From NCBI GenBank assembly GCA_965220345.1, contig OZ244822.1, positions 1,222,669 through 1,286,668 on the forward strand: a stretch of DNA of 64,000 nucleotides. Reading direction: 5' to 3'. This DNA comes from Candidatus Aldehydirespirator sp. GTDB taxonomy: Bacteria; Actinomycetota; Acidimicrobiia; Acidimicrobiales; Aldehydirespiratoraceae. The notes below the pieces were generated by a model. That model made no database searches. It was not told the origin of the DNA and worked only from the letters and a program-made list of their open reading frames with translations. Shown here in pieces: positions 18,943 to 27,836 of this stretch. Numbering within the stretch: position 1 is the first letter of the stretch; the number at the start of each line of letters is the position of its first letter. The position numbers were made by a program, and so were the translations under genes.

Positions 18943-19746
18943 ATGTTAAGGTTTGGTGTCGCACCGAGTGAGTTGGCTGACTGGCTCATCGGCCAAGGTC
19001 GTCACTTCATCACGACAGTAGATGCTGCCGAGGTGCTTGGGGTAGATGTTACGTCGGTGTCGGCCAGCCTTGAGCGTCCTCGCAGGGCTGGCAAGTTGGT
19101 ATCGGTGACTAAACAGGGGTGGGTGCCAGTGCCACCCGAGTTTCGGAGTGCTGGCGCGCCGCCTGCAAGCCACTTCATCCATCCACTGATGGAGCACCTT
19201 GGACACTTCTATTATGTCGGCTTCCTTTCTGCAGCGGCCATTCTGGGGGCCTCACATCAGGCACCGATGGTGTTCCAAGTTGTGACACCAGCCAGGCTGC
19301 GGAGCCGCAAGATCGGTCGGGGTCGGATCCACTTTATCCAGCGTGCTGCTGCGGTCAAGCGCCCTCGTCAGCATCGCAGTGTGCCGACAGGACGGGTTTG
19401 GATATCGACTCCCGAAGTGACTGTGTTCGATCTGGTTGACTCACCTGAGGATGGAGCTGGGCTCTCGAATGTAGCGACCGTTGTCGGTTGTCTGCTCATG
19501 GATGGATGCCTTGACCCTTTCTTATTGGTATCAATCGCAGCGGAGTACCCGATGGCGACAACTCAGCGGTGCGGATACGTCATTGACTTCATGGCTGCTG
19601 AGACAGGTGTCCAATTCGATACCTCATCTCTGCATGAACTAGTCGTCGACAGCCGCTACCGGGAACTGTTCCCAGGTGGGGGTGACGGCCACCGCAACTC
19701 TCGCTGGAACATTCTGGTCAACGGCGAGATTGAGCACGACCTGTGA
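18943..19746 (+). CDS. Type IV toxin-antitoxin system antitoxin AbiEi
   Basis: An N-terminal winged-helix segment (FITTVDAAEVLGVDVTSVSASLERPRRAGKLVSVTKQGW) is followed by YYVGFLSAAAILGASHQAP, the AbiEi pattern. Its end overlaps the AbiEii start by 4 nt. Confidence 0.8.
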   Translation: MLRFGVAPSELADWLIGQGRHFITTVDAAEVLGVDVTSVSASLERPRRAGKLVSVTKQGWVPVPPEFRSAGAPPASHFIHPLMEHLGHFYYVGFLSAAAILGASHQAPMVFQVVTPARLRSRKIGRGRIHFIQRAAAVKRPRQHRSVPTGRVWISTPEVTVFDLVDSPEDGAGLSNVATVVGCLLMDGCLDPFLLVSIAAEYPMATTQRCGYVIDFMAAETGVQFDTSSLHELVVDSRYRELFPGGGDGHRNSRWNILVNGEIEHDL

Positions 19747-20527
19747 TCACGCAAGCCGATATTGCCCATTGGCAGCATAAAGCCCCATGGCCGACACTTG
19801 AGCAAGTAGAACAGGATCTAGTTCTTTCCCGATTGATCGTTGAGATTTCTAGTCATCCCCTGCTTAGAGATGAACTCGTCTTTCGCGGTGGAACTTGCCT
19901 TCACAAGTTGTGGTTCGACCGACCGTGGCGCTACAGCGAGGACCTCGACTATGTCCGACGGACTTCCGGTGGGTCGGCAAGATCCTTGATGCGCTCCGCG
20001 ATATCGCTGAGATTGTGGGCTTCGACCATGTGAATACCGATGTGAGTCGTCACCCAAAAGTCAGGCTCGACTCAACTTTCGTTTCTGGTGGACGGATGCG
20101 GATCAAGATTGAGCTGAATACATATGAGCGCTCGCCAGCGCGCCCGATCATCTCTAAGCCTTTCGGTGTGGACAGCCCCTGGTTTACTGGCAACGCCAAG
20201 GTACTCACCTATGCACTTGAGGAACTAGCTGCTACGAAGATACGGGCACTATTCCAGCGAAAGAAGGGAAGAGATATGTTTGACCTGTGGCTCGCTGTTA
20301 AGCAGGGGGGCGTGTCACCCACGGGAATTGCAGCATGTTTTGGCCCATACCGGCCCGTTGGTTGGACACCCGCCCGAGCTGTTACCAATCTTGAAGCAAA
20401 GCTGGAAGATCGAGAGTTCGCGGCAGATATCGATCGGCTCGTGCTTGACAAGCCTCACGATTATTCAATGTCGGAGGCAGCTCAGTTTGCACGCGCCATC
20501 TTTGACGAGATCGAACGCCAAAGCTAA
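19743..20527 (+). pseudogene. AbiEii/AbiGii nucleotidyltransferase toxin, split by a frameshift near 19968-19975
   Basis: Frame 1 gives ...LVFRGGTCLHKLWFDRPWRYSEDLDYVRRTSGG. The family sequence continues in the -1 frame as VGKILDALRDIAEIVG...IKIELNTYE...KIRALFQRKKGRDMFDLW. The junction falls at a GGTGGG run. Confidence 0.8.
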
Positions 20528-20549
20528 GAAGTCCAGATGTGTATGCGGG

Positions 20550-23500
20550 TCATTCGCTGTTGTCAGGTATGTGTTCTTCATCTGTTGAGGTGAACTCGTA
20601 CTCAAGGCTTTGTGCTTTGCGCACACCTGACAGAGTGATTGATCCGTTGACGGTTCGCTGTAGTTGCTTGAGAGGGTCAAGAATTAATCGGACGGTTGGC
20701 TTCGTGTTGCCATTTTTTTCAACGTTGGACACCACCGCCAAGAAGAAGTGAGATTCAGAGAGCGCCCGATTCACTTCGGAGTTCGTCAGTGTCACTTGGT
20801 CGGGTTCGTTGCCAGCGTAAACTTTTAGTTCGTAGAAGCGCCCGAGTTCATCGACCGCGTCGGCACCCACACCGCGCTGGGTACGCAGGTCGATGATTTC
20901 TTCCTTGTCGCAGCCCAGCACTTGTCGCAGAAGTTCAAGTCCTACGTTCTCTCGTTCTATGTCGTTGTAAGAGGATGGGGGTGTTCTGCTTTGTGGTGCT
21001 ATTGACTTAGACCTCGGCGTGTTGAAGGCATTAACCCGTTTCGAAACACCACTGGCAGGACTACGCGTTTTATTGAGGTGTCCTACTGGATCATCAAGTT
21101 TGAGAGATTGAGGATCATGAAGAACCCGCGGAGCAACTGATCTATGAGGTTGCCTCGGCAGCGCCCGCACGTTGGTTGAAGTATCGGAGCGATGAGCAGT
21201 GTCGATTGATCGACTGGCCTGCCCTTTAGACGAGTTGTGCCTCTCAGATGTGTGCCTCTGGAACGTTTTCAGACAGTCTTCGTTTGCTGCCCTCTCGCGG
21301 GCTTCGCGTTCCTCAGCGAGTTCAAAATCTGGTTTAATAATCCCGTCCTGTGCGTCTTGGTATGCGGCTACCCAATCCTTCGCTAGTTGTCCAGGGTTTC
21401 CCTCAAACAGTGCTACTAGCGCCCTGCCTCCCTTTTCTATTCGTCCCAGAAAATCGGGATCTTTTACATAGATCGTGTCAGTATCAATGTCAACCCTGGC
21501 ATCAACCTTGCAGCTGTAGGACTGGTCTGCGGCAATTTCAACCTTGAGTTCGAGAGACGAATGCACCTTGACTGAGTAGGTTGCCAACCGGTCCCACTTA
21601 GGTTTCAATTTCTTGGCTACTGAGTTGTCTCTGGCCATGAGTTCTTTACGAAACAAGCCAACAGCTTGTTGAAAGACTTTCGTGAGATTGTCATCTTTCT
21701 CTGCTAGGTTGGGATAAATCACATGGGCATTGTCGGCAAGATGCTCGTCAATCCGCAAGGGCTTCAGCAGAACTCGAAACTGTTCAAGGTCTCCACCTGG
21801 ACACCAGATCGCGAGGCGATCCCCTAGCCCCTTTGTGAGAGCCCGATCATCGGTGGCGTAGACCGGTCGTTGGCGCTTCCATCCTTTGGTCGTCCAGAGG
21901 GCCAACTTCCCTAATTTTGATTTCTCGGATGTGTCACCGTTCTCCCAATGCTCAGCCAGCTTGAGAAAAGTCTCAAGGATGATGGCTCGCTCGGCAGCTT
22001 CAGGGTCATGCTTGCGCCCTTTGGCAACCTCTTGGAGCACCTTGACACAATCGCTGGGAGATGGGGTCCTCAACTGGAGCGCATCCCACAGTGGTTCGCA
22101 ATCCTTAATGGCAGGGGTGAATGGGCGGAGATCTCCGAAGATGGGCTTTCCTCCAAACACTTCCTGAGGAGACAGCCAGCCTTGCTTCGTGCATAAAAGT
22201 TGGTGCTGCTCAAACTCGTTTCGCAGTTGATTTGCAGTCAGGTCGGAACTGTCTTCGTGGCCGGAGAGGCTTTGTGCCAGAGCCCGGTAAACGAGGTCTG
22301 TCTCAATCTGATGGTTGCCGTTTGCCATCTCTTGCGTGCAAGTGACGCTTCGGAGTTCTTGAAGTCGCTTAACGAGTTCGGATCGGCTGGGATTAATTGA
22401 GACCCCGAGAGCCGCCAAAAGCGCTCGGCGACCCGGTTGGCTGGTCTGAATGAGGTCTTTATGCAGATAGTCTCGTGAGTTGGTGCCGTATATGGCCTCG
22501 TTACCTGGTGTGCGGATTTTCAAGTCAGCTGGCTTACGTGGAGTGCCGTTCTCATCGTCAAGCCAAGCGACCTCCTTGGCCTGTGCCAGCCAGAAGGCAT
22601 TCATCCTGCCTCTTTCACGCCATTTGCGGTAGCGGTCATTAGCTGCCACGACCTCGGCCAAATCACTGAAGCTTCTATCCCATGCCCGGGCGAGCGTCCC
22701 CAGCAGTGCATCAGCCCGTATTCGACGCTGTTTCGGCTTTCTCTCGCTAGCGATGCCTGCGATCACAGCGTGCAGGTCAGGGCTGTCATGGTCATCCAGT
22801 GTGAAAGCGGCACCCAGTTTGCTCATAGCTTTTCTACGAGTCTTTAGCCTGGTGCCGACTGCTTTGGATAGTCCAAGACGCGAGTCATTGTCGAAACGCT
22901 TCCTTGCTGCTGGGTGCGGTTGGAGTCGCGGCGCGGTTTCAGCCCCTAGCAGTCCAAGAAACTTTCGGGCACCTATCCCTTCGCTCCCTTGCGGTAAGCG
23001 GAGGGCTCGTGCGTAGTGTTTACTCAGCCACACCGGCCCCTCGGACTTATCAGCAGCGACAGCAAAGCTCTGCTTGTCCGAAATGATCGCTGCTGGCAGA
23101 TAGGCATCGCTAGGCCGAGCCGAATCCGTTTTCTTGTCACCCGAGGCATCGTATGTGTACGACTCAAGGCGAATAGCATGACCAACCTGTGGCCCGAGAT
23201 TGTCTTGGTCTTTGCGGGGCAATAGTTCGAAAGCGTCTCTGAGCGCACTTACCTGCTCGTCTGAGAGCGGCTCTTCAATGCACTTGTTGGATTGTCCGGC
23301 TTCGGCAAGACGACGCACTACAGCTTCTTCATTAGAACCTTTGAGCAGGGCACCGCATTCTCGTAGCCACTTGAGAACTTCGGGAGCGCTGGTGGTTTCA
23401 GCTAAGTGGGCCGGGTGCAACAGAATGGCGATACCGAGTTGGTCGGCCAACGGCACTGTCTTGGTGGTTAGCACTGTCGGAGATTTAGCAGCTGGAGGAG

Positions 23501-25214
23501 ATATCCGTCGACCGTCCCGAGTGATTACACAGGGCAAGTCGCGCAGTTCTTTGTCGAGGTCTTCTTGGAGTGCAACAGCGACGAGCGCGATGCTGGAGTT
23601 GACCGACCGGCCCTCATCGCGCAACAAATCGAGTGCTTTGTAGACGCTGACCGGCTCGGGGAGTTCGGCACCGTGACTTCTCCAGTCGTCAAGAACTAAG
23701 CGCCACCTCCCCGCTGAATCTCTTACGTTAAGAGGCAATGTCGCGTTGAGTTCGGCAAGTTGCGCTATCTCGGTCTCGTCCAGCAGCCCTTCCAGTGGCT
23801 CCACCTCAACTGCAAACTTTGAGAGAGCGACACGTTCCTGACCAGCCAACGGGAATGTCAGCCGGGAAGCCACCTCCTGTCTCGCCTGCTCAATGACGGC
23901 GGATTCCAAAGCGTCGATAATGCCCGAACTTGAAGCTGTCTCGTTCTCCGCGGATTGTGGCAGCGGCACTGCCTGCCAGGCAGTCTGAGGGTCGTGCTCA
24001 AAGAGGTCAAGCAATGCCTCTGACCAAACTTCCACGAGGAGCTTCACAAGTTCTGTGTTCCACGGTGTTTTGGCTAAGCCTTCTCGGCTTGTGAGCGTGT
24101 CGAACTGAGCATTCGCAAAGAGCGGCAACCGCGTTTGGACTACGGGCAGTCCCGCATAGAGCCATCCTGTCTTGCTTGAGCCTTTTTGGACGGCTGAAGT
24201 GTTGTCGGCGGCGATGTCAGGCTCGGACTGCTGTGTCGTCTCCTCATGACCGGTTACGGCAGCATCAAGCGGGAACGCTAACGCTACTGGAGTAGTGATG
24301 TCTTTCGCCTTGCGAACACGCTTGACACCTTCAGGAGTAGGCAGATCGCAACTGTAAACCGCCCACGAGCGCCCATCGGAGGCTTTGGCGGAACCGCGCG
24401 CCATAGTCAAAGATGCCGAGCCGGTCAGCGATACCTCGGCTTGATGCCGCGACAGTTCAATGCGGTGGATCGTGTTGCCACTCGAATCAAGCAGGATCAC
24501 TCGGTTTATATGGCGCAAGAACAGCAGCGCCGAGTCATCCCAGCGACTGAGCCACTCATCTAGATCCGATTCCTGTAGCGTCCCGTCGCCCAGCGGAATG
24601 CGAAGCGTCGTTAAGCCCGGCTGGCTGAACTCGGGAGGCAGATCGACTGGAGCAATCGGAGCAAGATTCGGATTGCCGATCTCGACGTAGTAAGGATCGC
24701 AATGCACCTCAAAAGTTTTCGACAGAGACTGCAGGGTCGAAAGCCCGATACCGAAACGGCCGATGGATTCTGAGTCGCTCTCTTTGCCAGTCAGCCAGGG
24801 CATTGCCAACGCGAGCACATCGCTCAGGCGCACTGGATCGCCGTTGTGTGCCGCCAGCAGATCGTCGCTCCTCAACTGGATGCGCAATTCAGACGCTTTG
24901 ACATCATCGGCGTTCTGGACTATCTCAGCAAGGCCTTGGAGCCGATCACTTGCAATCAAAGTCCCGCTGCTGCGTGATGCATCCATCGCCTCCCTAAATG
25001 CACCTGGGACTTCTGCGAACAAGTCGCTGAGATGCTGGACGGCTGCTTGGGCTTCTTCAGCGTTCGCGGGCTCAAGGTCTTTAGGTACAGGCTTGTTGTC
25101 CCAAACCAACTCGGCAGCCTTACGGGCACGCGATATCGGGTCCGCGGCACTGACCGAAGGCTGCTGCCTCGAATGTTGGTCAGCTTCAAACGGCGGAGTC
25201 ATCTCTAGGTTCAT
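20550..25214 (-). CDS. NO VEIN-like giant protein: sacsin-type GHKL ATPase N-domain plus C-terminal DUF3883 (NOV_C, restriction-endonuclease-like) domain
   Basis: Bergerat-fold N-box LAEIVQNADDVKASEL (aa ~95-110) and G-box IGRFGIGLSTLQSL (aa ~150-163). The C-terminus, ERENVGLELLRQVLG...DLRTQRGVGADAVDELGRFYELKVYAG...FFLAVVSNV, matches the DUF3883 pattern. About 1200 aa of unassigned helical middle lies between them. Confidence 0.85.
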   Translation of the reverse strand: MNLEMTPPFEADQHSRQQPSVSAADPISRARKAAELVWDNKPVPKDLEPANAEEAQAAVQHLSDLFAEVPGAFREAMDASRSSGTLIASDRLQGLAEIVQNADDVKASELRIQLRSDDLLAAHNGDPVRLSDVLALAMPWLTGKESDSESIGRFGIGLSTLQSLSKTFEVHCDPYYVEIGNPNLAPIAPVDLPPEFSQPGLTTLRIPLGDGTLQESDLDEWLSRWDDSALLFLRHINRVILLDSSGNTIHRIELSRHQAEVSLTGSASLTMARGSAKASDGRSWAVYSCDLPTPEGVKRVRKAKDITTPVALAFPLDAAVTGHEETTQQSEPDIAADNTSAVQKGSSKTGWLYAGLPVVQTRLPLFANAQFDTLTSREGLAKTPWNTELVKLLVEVWSEALLDLFEHDPQTAWQAVPLPQSAENETASSSGIIDALESAVIEQARQEVASRLTFPLAGQERVALSKFAVEVEPLEGLLDETEIAQLAELNATLPLNVRDSAGRWRLVLDDWRSHGAELPEPVSVYKALDLLRDEGRSVNSSIALVAVALQEDLDKELRDLPCVITRDGRRISPPAAKSPTVLTTKTVPLADQLGIAILLHPAHLAETTSAPEVLKWLRECGALLKGSNEEAVVRRLAEAGQSNKCIEEPLSDEQVSALRDAFELLPRKDQDNLGPQVGHAIRLESYTYDASGDKKTDSARPSDAYLPAAIISDKQSFAVAADKSEGPVWLSKHYARALRLPQGSEGIGARKFLGLLGAETAPRLQPHPAARKRFDNDSRLGLSKAVGTRLKTRRKAMSKLGAAFTLDDHDSPDLHAVIAGIASERKPKQRRIRADALLGTLARAWDRSFSDLAEVVAANDRYRKWRERGRMNAFWLAQAKEVAWLDDENGTPRKPADLKIRTPGNEAIYGTNSRDYLHKDLIQTSQPGRRALLAALGVSINPSRSELVKRLQELRSVTCTQEMANGNHQIETDLVYRALAQSLSGHEDSSDLTANQLRNEFEQHQLLCTKQGWLSPQEVFGGKPIFGDLRPFTPAIKDCEPLWDALQLRTPSPSDCVKVLQEVAKGRKHDPEAAERAIILETFLKLAEHWENGDTSEKSKLGKLALWTTKGWKRQRPVYATDDRALTKGLGDRLAIWCPGGDLEQFRVLLKPLRIDEHLADNAHVIYPNLAEKDDNLTKVFQQAVGLFRKELMARDNSVAKKLKPKWDRLATYSVKVHSSLELKVEIAADQSYSCKVDARVDIDTDTIYVKDPDFLGRIEKGGRALVALFEGNPGQLAKDWVAAYQDAQDGIIKPDFELAEEREARERAANEDCLKTFQRHTSERHNSSKGQASRSIDTAHRSDTSTNVRALPRQPHRSVAPRVLHDPQSLKLDDPVGHLNKTRSPASGVSKRVNAFNTPRSKSIAPQSRTPPSSYNDIERENVGLELLRQVLGCDKEEIIDLRTQRGVGADAVDELGRFYELKVYAGNEPDQVTLTNSEVNRALSESHFFLAVVSNVEKNGNTKPTVRLILDPLKQLQRTVNGSITLSGVRKAQSLEYEFTSTDEEHIPDNSE

Positions 25215-25574
25215 TGAGAAATCAAGGCTAAGGGTGCAATCTGGAGACTCATGAATTGTCTCACCACATCAGCGTGGTCAGCTTCCTGTTGCTGGCTGTC
25301 CGCTCATGGATGGACAGTGGGACTCGGCGGACTCCTTCGTGCTGGCATCAATCGGGCTCAGTCTCTAGCTGGGCCAGCAGGCCAAGATCAGTCACAAGAC
25401 GGGATCCTCACCGGTCCGGGGTTTTGACAAGTTATGAATATCTTGCGCGTTTTCGGGTATCGACTGCGCTATTTGAACAACATATTCATAACTGCTCATA
25501 ACTCTGACGACCGCGCTTTGTGTCCAGGGTCAGTGAATAATCCATATTATGGATTGTCTGATAGTCTTTTATGC

Positions 25575-25705
25575 ATGAAATATTTGAGGCGGCACCTTGA
25601 CAGGCACCTAGCTCGACTCTTAGACGGCATCCAGCTTGCCTAGTTGCGGGTGTTCGTGGAACTGGAAAGACCAGCACGGCAGAGCGATGCACAGCGCAGG
25701 CGTAA
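25575..25705 (+). pseudogene. Remnant of an AAA_14/DUF4143-type ATPase N-terminus (frameshifted, truncated)
   Basis: MKYLRRHLDRHLARLLDGIQLA, then a frame change to CLVAGVRGTGKTSTAERCTAQA and a stop. This parallels MSTYLERIADVRLAQILAASPAVIITGARGCGKTTTALRHAAS of the intact gene at 61714. Confidence 0.45.
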
Positions 25706-25747
25706 CGAGTCGCCCTCGCTCCAGCCCAACCAAAAATCGGTAAATCG

Positions 25748-25828
25748 ATCAAAAAATGCACGCTATGTAAACCCATCAAAAAATGTATGCTATGTAAACC
25801 CATCAAGAAATGTATGCTGTGTAAGCGA
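25748..25828. repeat. Three tandem 27-bp direct repeats (ATCAAAAAATGYAYGCTATGTAAACCC)
   Basis: Units at 25748-25774, 25775-25801 and 25802-25828, read directly. They sit in an AT-rich non-coding stretch. Confidence 0.85.
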
Positions 25829-26143
25829 GCGGGCTCAGAAGTGACTAGTCAAATTAAGAGAACATGATGTCTTCTCAGTCTTCATCAAGCTATTTCCTAG
25901 CGGAGAAGGTGCCGCCAGCGCCGTTCGTGCCGTCATTCGGTGCTACACCTCCGAGTTTCGTGGGACGAGATGCCCAAATAGCCGACATTTGCGCGCAGCG
26001 GGTGGGGTGCCTGCTGGAAGCGTTGGCACGCATCGTCGTCGGTTGATTCTGTCGGGCATGATCCGCCCAGCGGGTCGAGGGCGTGTCGCCTTGGCCCATC
26101 CCCAAATCAAGCCGTGGCTGCACCGCACGACAGGAAGTTCACT

Positions 26144-27715
26144 ATGACCACCGCCACAAGCTTTGACAAGAACCTCACCGAAGCCACACAACACCTAGCC
26201 CGCTTCAAAGCCGAGCCGACACTGCATTTGATCAACGGTGAACTCACCCCGAGTGTTACCGGCGAGACTTTCGCTAACCGTTCACCAATCGACAACTCGC
26301 ATCTCGGTGATGTGGCCTCTGGCACCGTGCAAGACATCGCTGCTGCAGCAGCCGCAGCCCGTGACAGCTTCAAACAATGGCGTGACACGCCCGGTGAGCA
26401 ACGCAAACGCATCCTTCATGATGTGGCTGATGCCATTGAGGCACGCGCCGCCGAGATTGCGGTGCTGGAATCGGTTGACACCGGTCAGGCGATCCGGTTT
26501 ATGTCAGCAGCAGCGCTGCGAGGTGCCGAAAATTTCCGATTTTTTGCCGACCTAGCCCCCGCGGCCAGCGACGGTTTGGCACTGCCCTCGGTTCATCATC
26601 TCAACTACACCAGCCGTAAAGCCATCGGCCCGGTGGGGGTAATCACACCGTGGAACACGCCATTCATGTTGTCCACCTGGAAGATCGCGCCAGCGTTGGC
26701 AGCGGGATGCACGGTCGTGCATAAACCAGCCGAATGGAGTCCGATCACCGCCAATGTGCTCGCTGAAACAGCGCTCGAAGCGGGTCTGCCGCCAGGGGTT
26801 CTCAACGTGGTTCATGGCATGGGCGAAACAGCAGGACGTGCCCTGACCGAGCACCCTGACATTGCTGCTGTGGCTTTTGTAGGTGAATCCGCTACTGGAT
26901 CACTTATTCAAGCCCAGTCGGCACCCACCCTGAAACGGCTCCATTTTGAACTAGGCGGCAAGAATCCGGTGATCGTGTTCGCTGATGCTGACCTAGAGCG
27001 GGCGGCTGACGCTGTGATCTTCATGATCTACAGCCTCAACGGTGAGCGTTGCACCAGTTCAAGTCGGTTGCTTGTTGAGCGCAGCATCCACGACAACTTC
27101 ATTGGGCTGCTTACAGCGAAGCTCCGCAGAATCGTGGTGGGTCATCCGCTGGATCCCGACACCGTGATCGGCCCGCTGATCCACCCTGATCATTGCGAGA
27201 AGGTGCATAGCTATATTCAGCTAGCAGAAGCCGAAGGTGCCACGGTTGTTGCAGGAAGGCCGCCAGATGCCAGTCTGTTTGCTGGCAGTCTGGCCGATGG
27301 AAATCTGGCCAAAGGCAATCTGGCTCCACGCAACTTCGTGACACCGATGCTGTTTTGTAACGCTCGCAACGAGATGCGTATCGCCCAAGAAGAAATCTTC
27401 GGACCTGTGTTAACCGCAGTTGCGTTCGATGGTGAAGAGGAGGCAGTAGAGATCGCCAATGACACTGATTACGGACTTGCAGCCTATGTGTGGACTGGTG
27501 ATGTGGGCCGCGCGCACCGGGTGGCTGATGCATTGGCTGTGGGGATGGTGTGGGTCAACTCTCAGAACGTGCGGCATCTGCCCACCCCGTTCGGAGGCAT
27601 GAAACGCAGCGGCATAGGCCGTGACGGTGGCGACTGGAGCTTCGATTTTTATATGGAGACCAAGAACGTGGCCGTGGCCTACGGAAGCCACAAGATCCCC
27701 AAGCTTGGAGGCTGA
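26144..27715 (+). CDS. hpaE: 5-carboxymethyl-2-hydroxymuconate semialdehyde dehydrogenase-like aldehyde dehydrogenase
   Basis: Aldehyde dehydrogenase family with FELGGKNP and the catalytic-Cys region NGERCTSSSR. The N-terminus HLINGEL...F.N.SP matches the HpaE type, and the gene lies in hpa context. ATG at 26144 is preferred. Confidence 0.75.
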   Translation: MTTATSFDKNLTEATQHLARFKAEPTLHLINGELTPSVTGETFANRSPIDNSHLGDVASGTVQDIAAAAAAARDSFKQWRDTPGEQRKRILHDVADAIEARAAEIAVLESVDTGQAIRFMSAAALRGAENFRFFADLAPAASDGLALPSVHHLNYTSRKAIGPVGVITPWNTPFMLSTWKIAPALAAGCTVVHKPAEWSPITANVLAETALEAGLPPGVLNVVHGMGETAGRALTEHPDIAAVAFVGESATGSLIQAQSAPTLKRLHFELGGKNPVIVFADADLERAADAVIFMIYSLNGERCTSSSRLLVERSIHDNFIGLLTAKLRRIVVGHPLDPDTVIGPLIHPDHCEKVHSYIQLAEAEGATVVAGRPPDASLFAGSLADGNLAKGNLAPRNFVTPMLFCNARNEMRIAQEEIFGPVLTAVAFDGEEEAVEIANDTDYGLAAYVWTGDVGRAHRVADALAVGMVWVNSQNVRHLPTPFGGMKRSGIGRDGGDWSFDFYMETKNVAVAYGSHKIPKLGG

Positions 27716-27836
27716 CTCGTTGATCTGCTTGATACTCATCTGCGCTGCTTGTGATCGGATTTGCGTTGACTAGTTGACGTATGCACCTTGTAGTGTGCGC
27801 GCAGTTGCATCATGCTTCATCACGGAGGTTCAAGTA

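Noticed and set aside
25486-25806. 106-aa minus-strand ORF beginning MMGLHSIHFLMGLHSVHFL
   Set aside because: The repeated peptide is just a translation of the 27-bp tandem repeats. The region is AT-rich, there is no ribosome-binding site, and the remainder overlaps the ATPase remnant.
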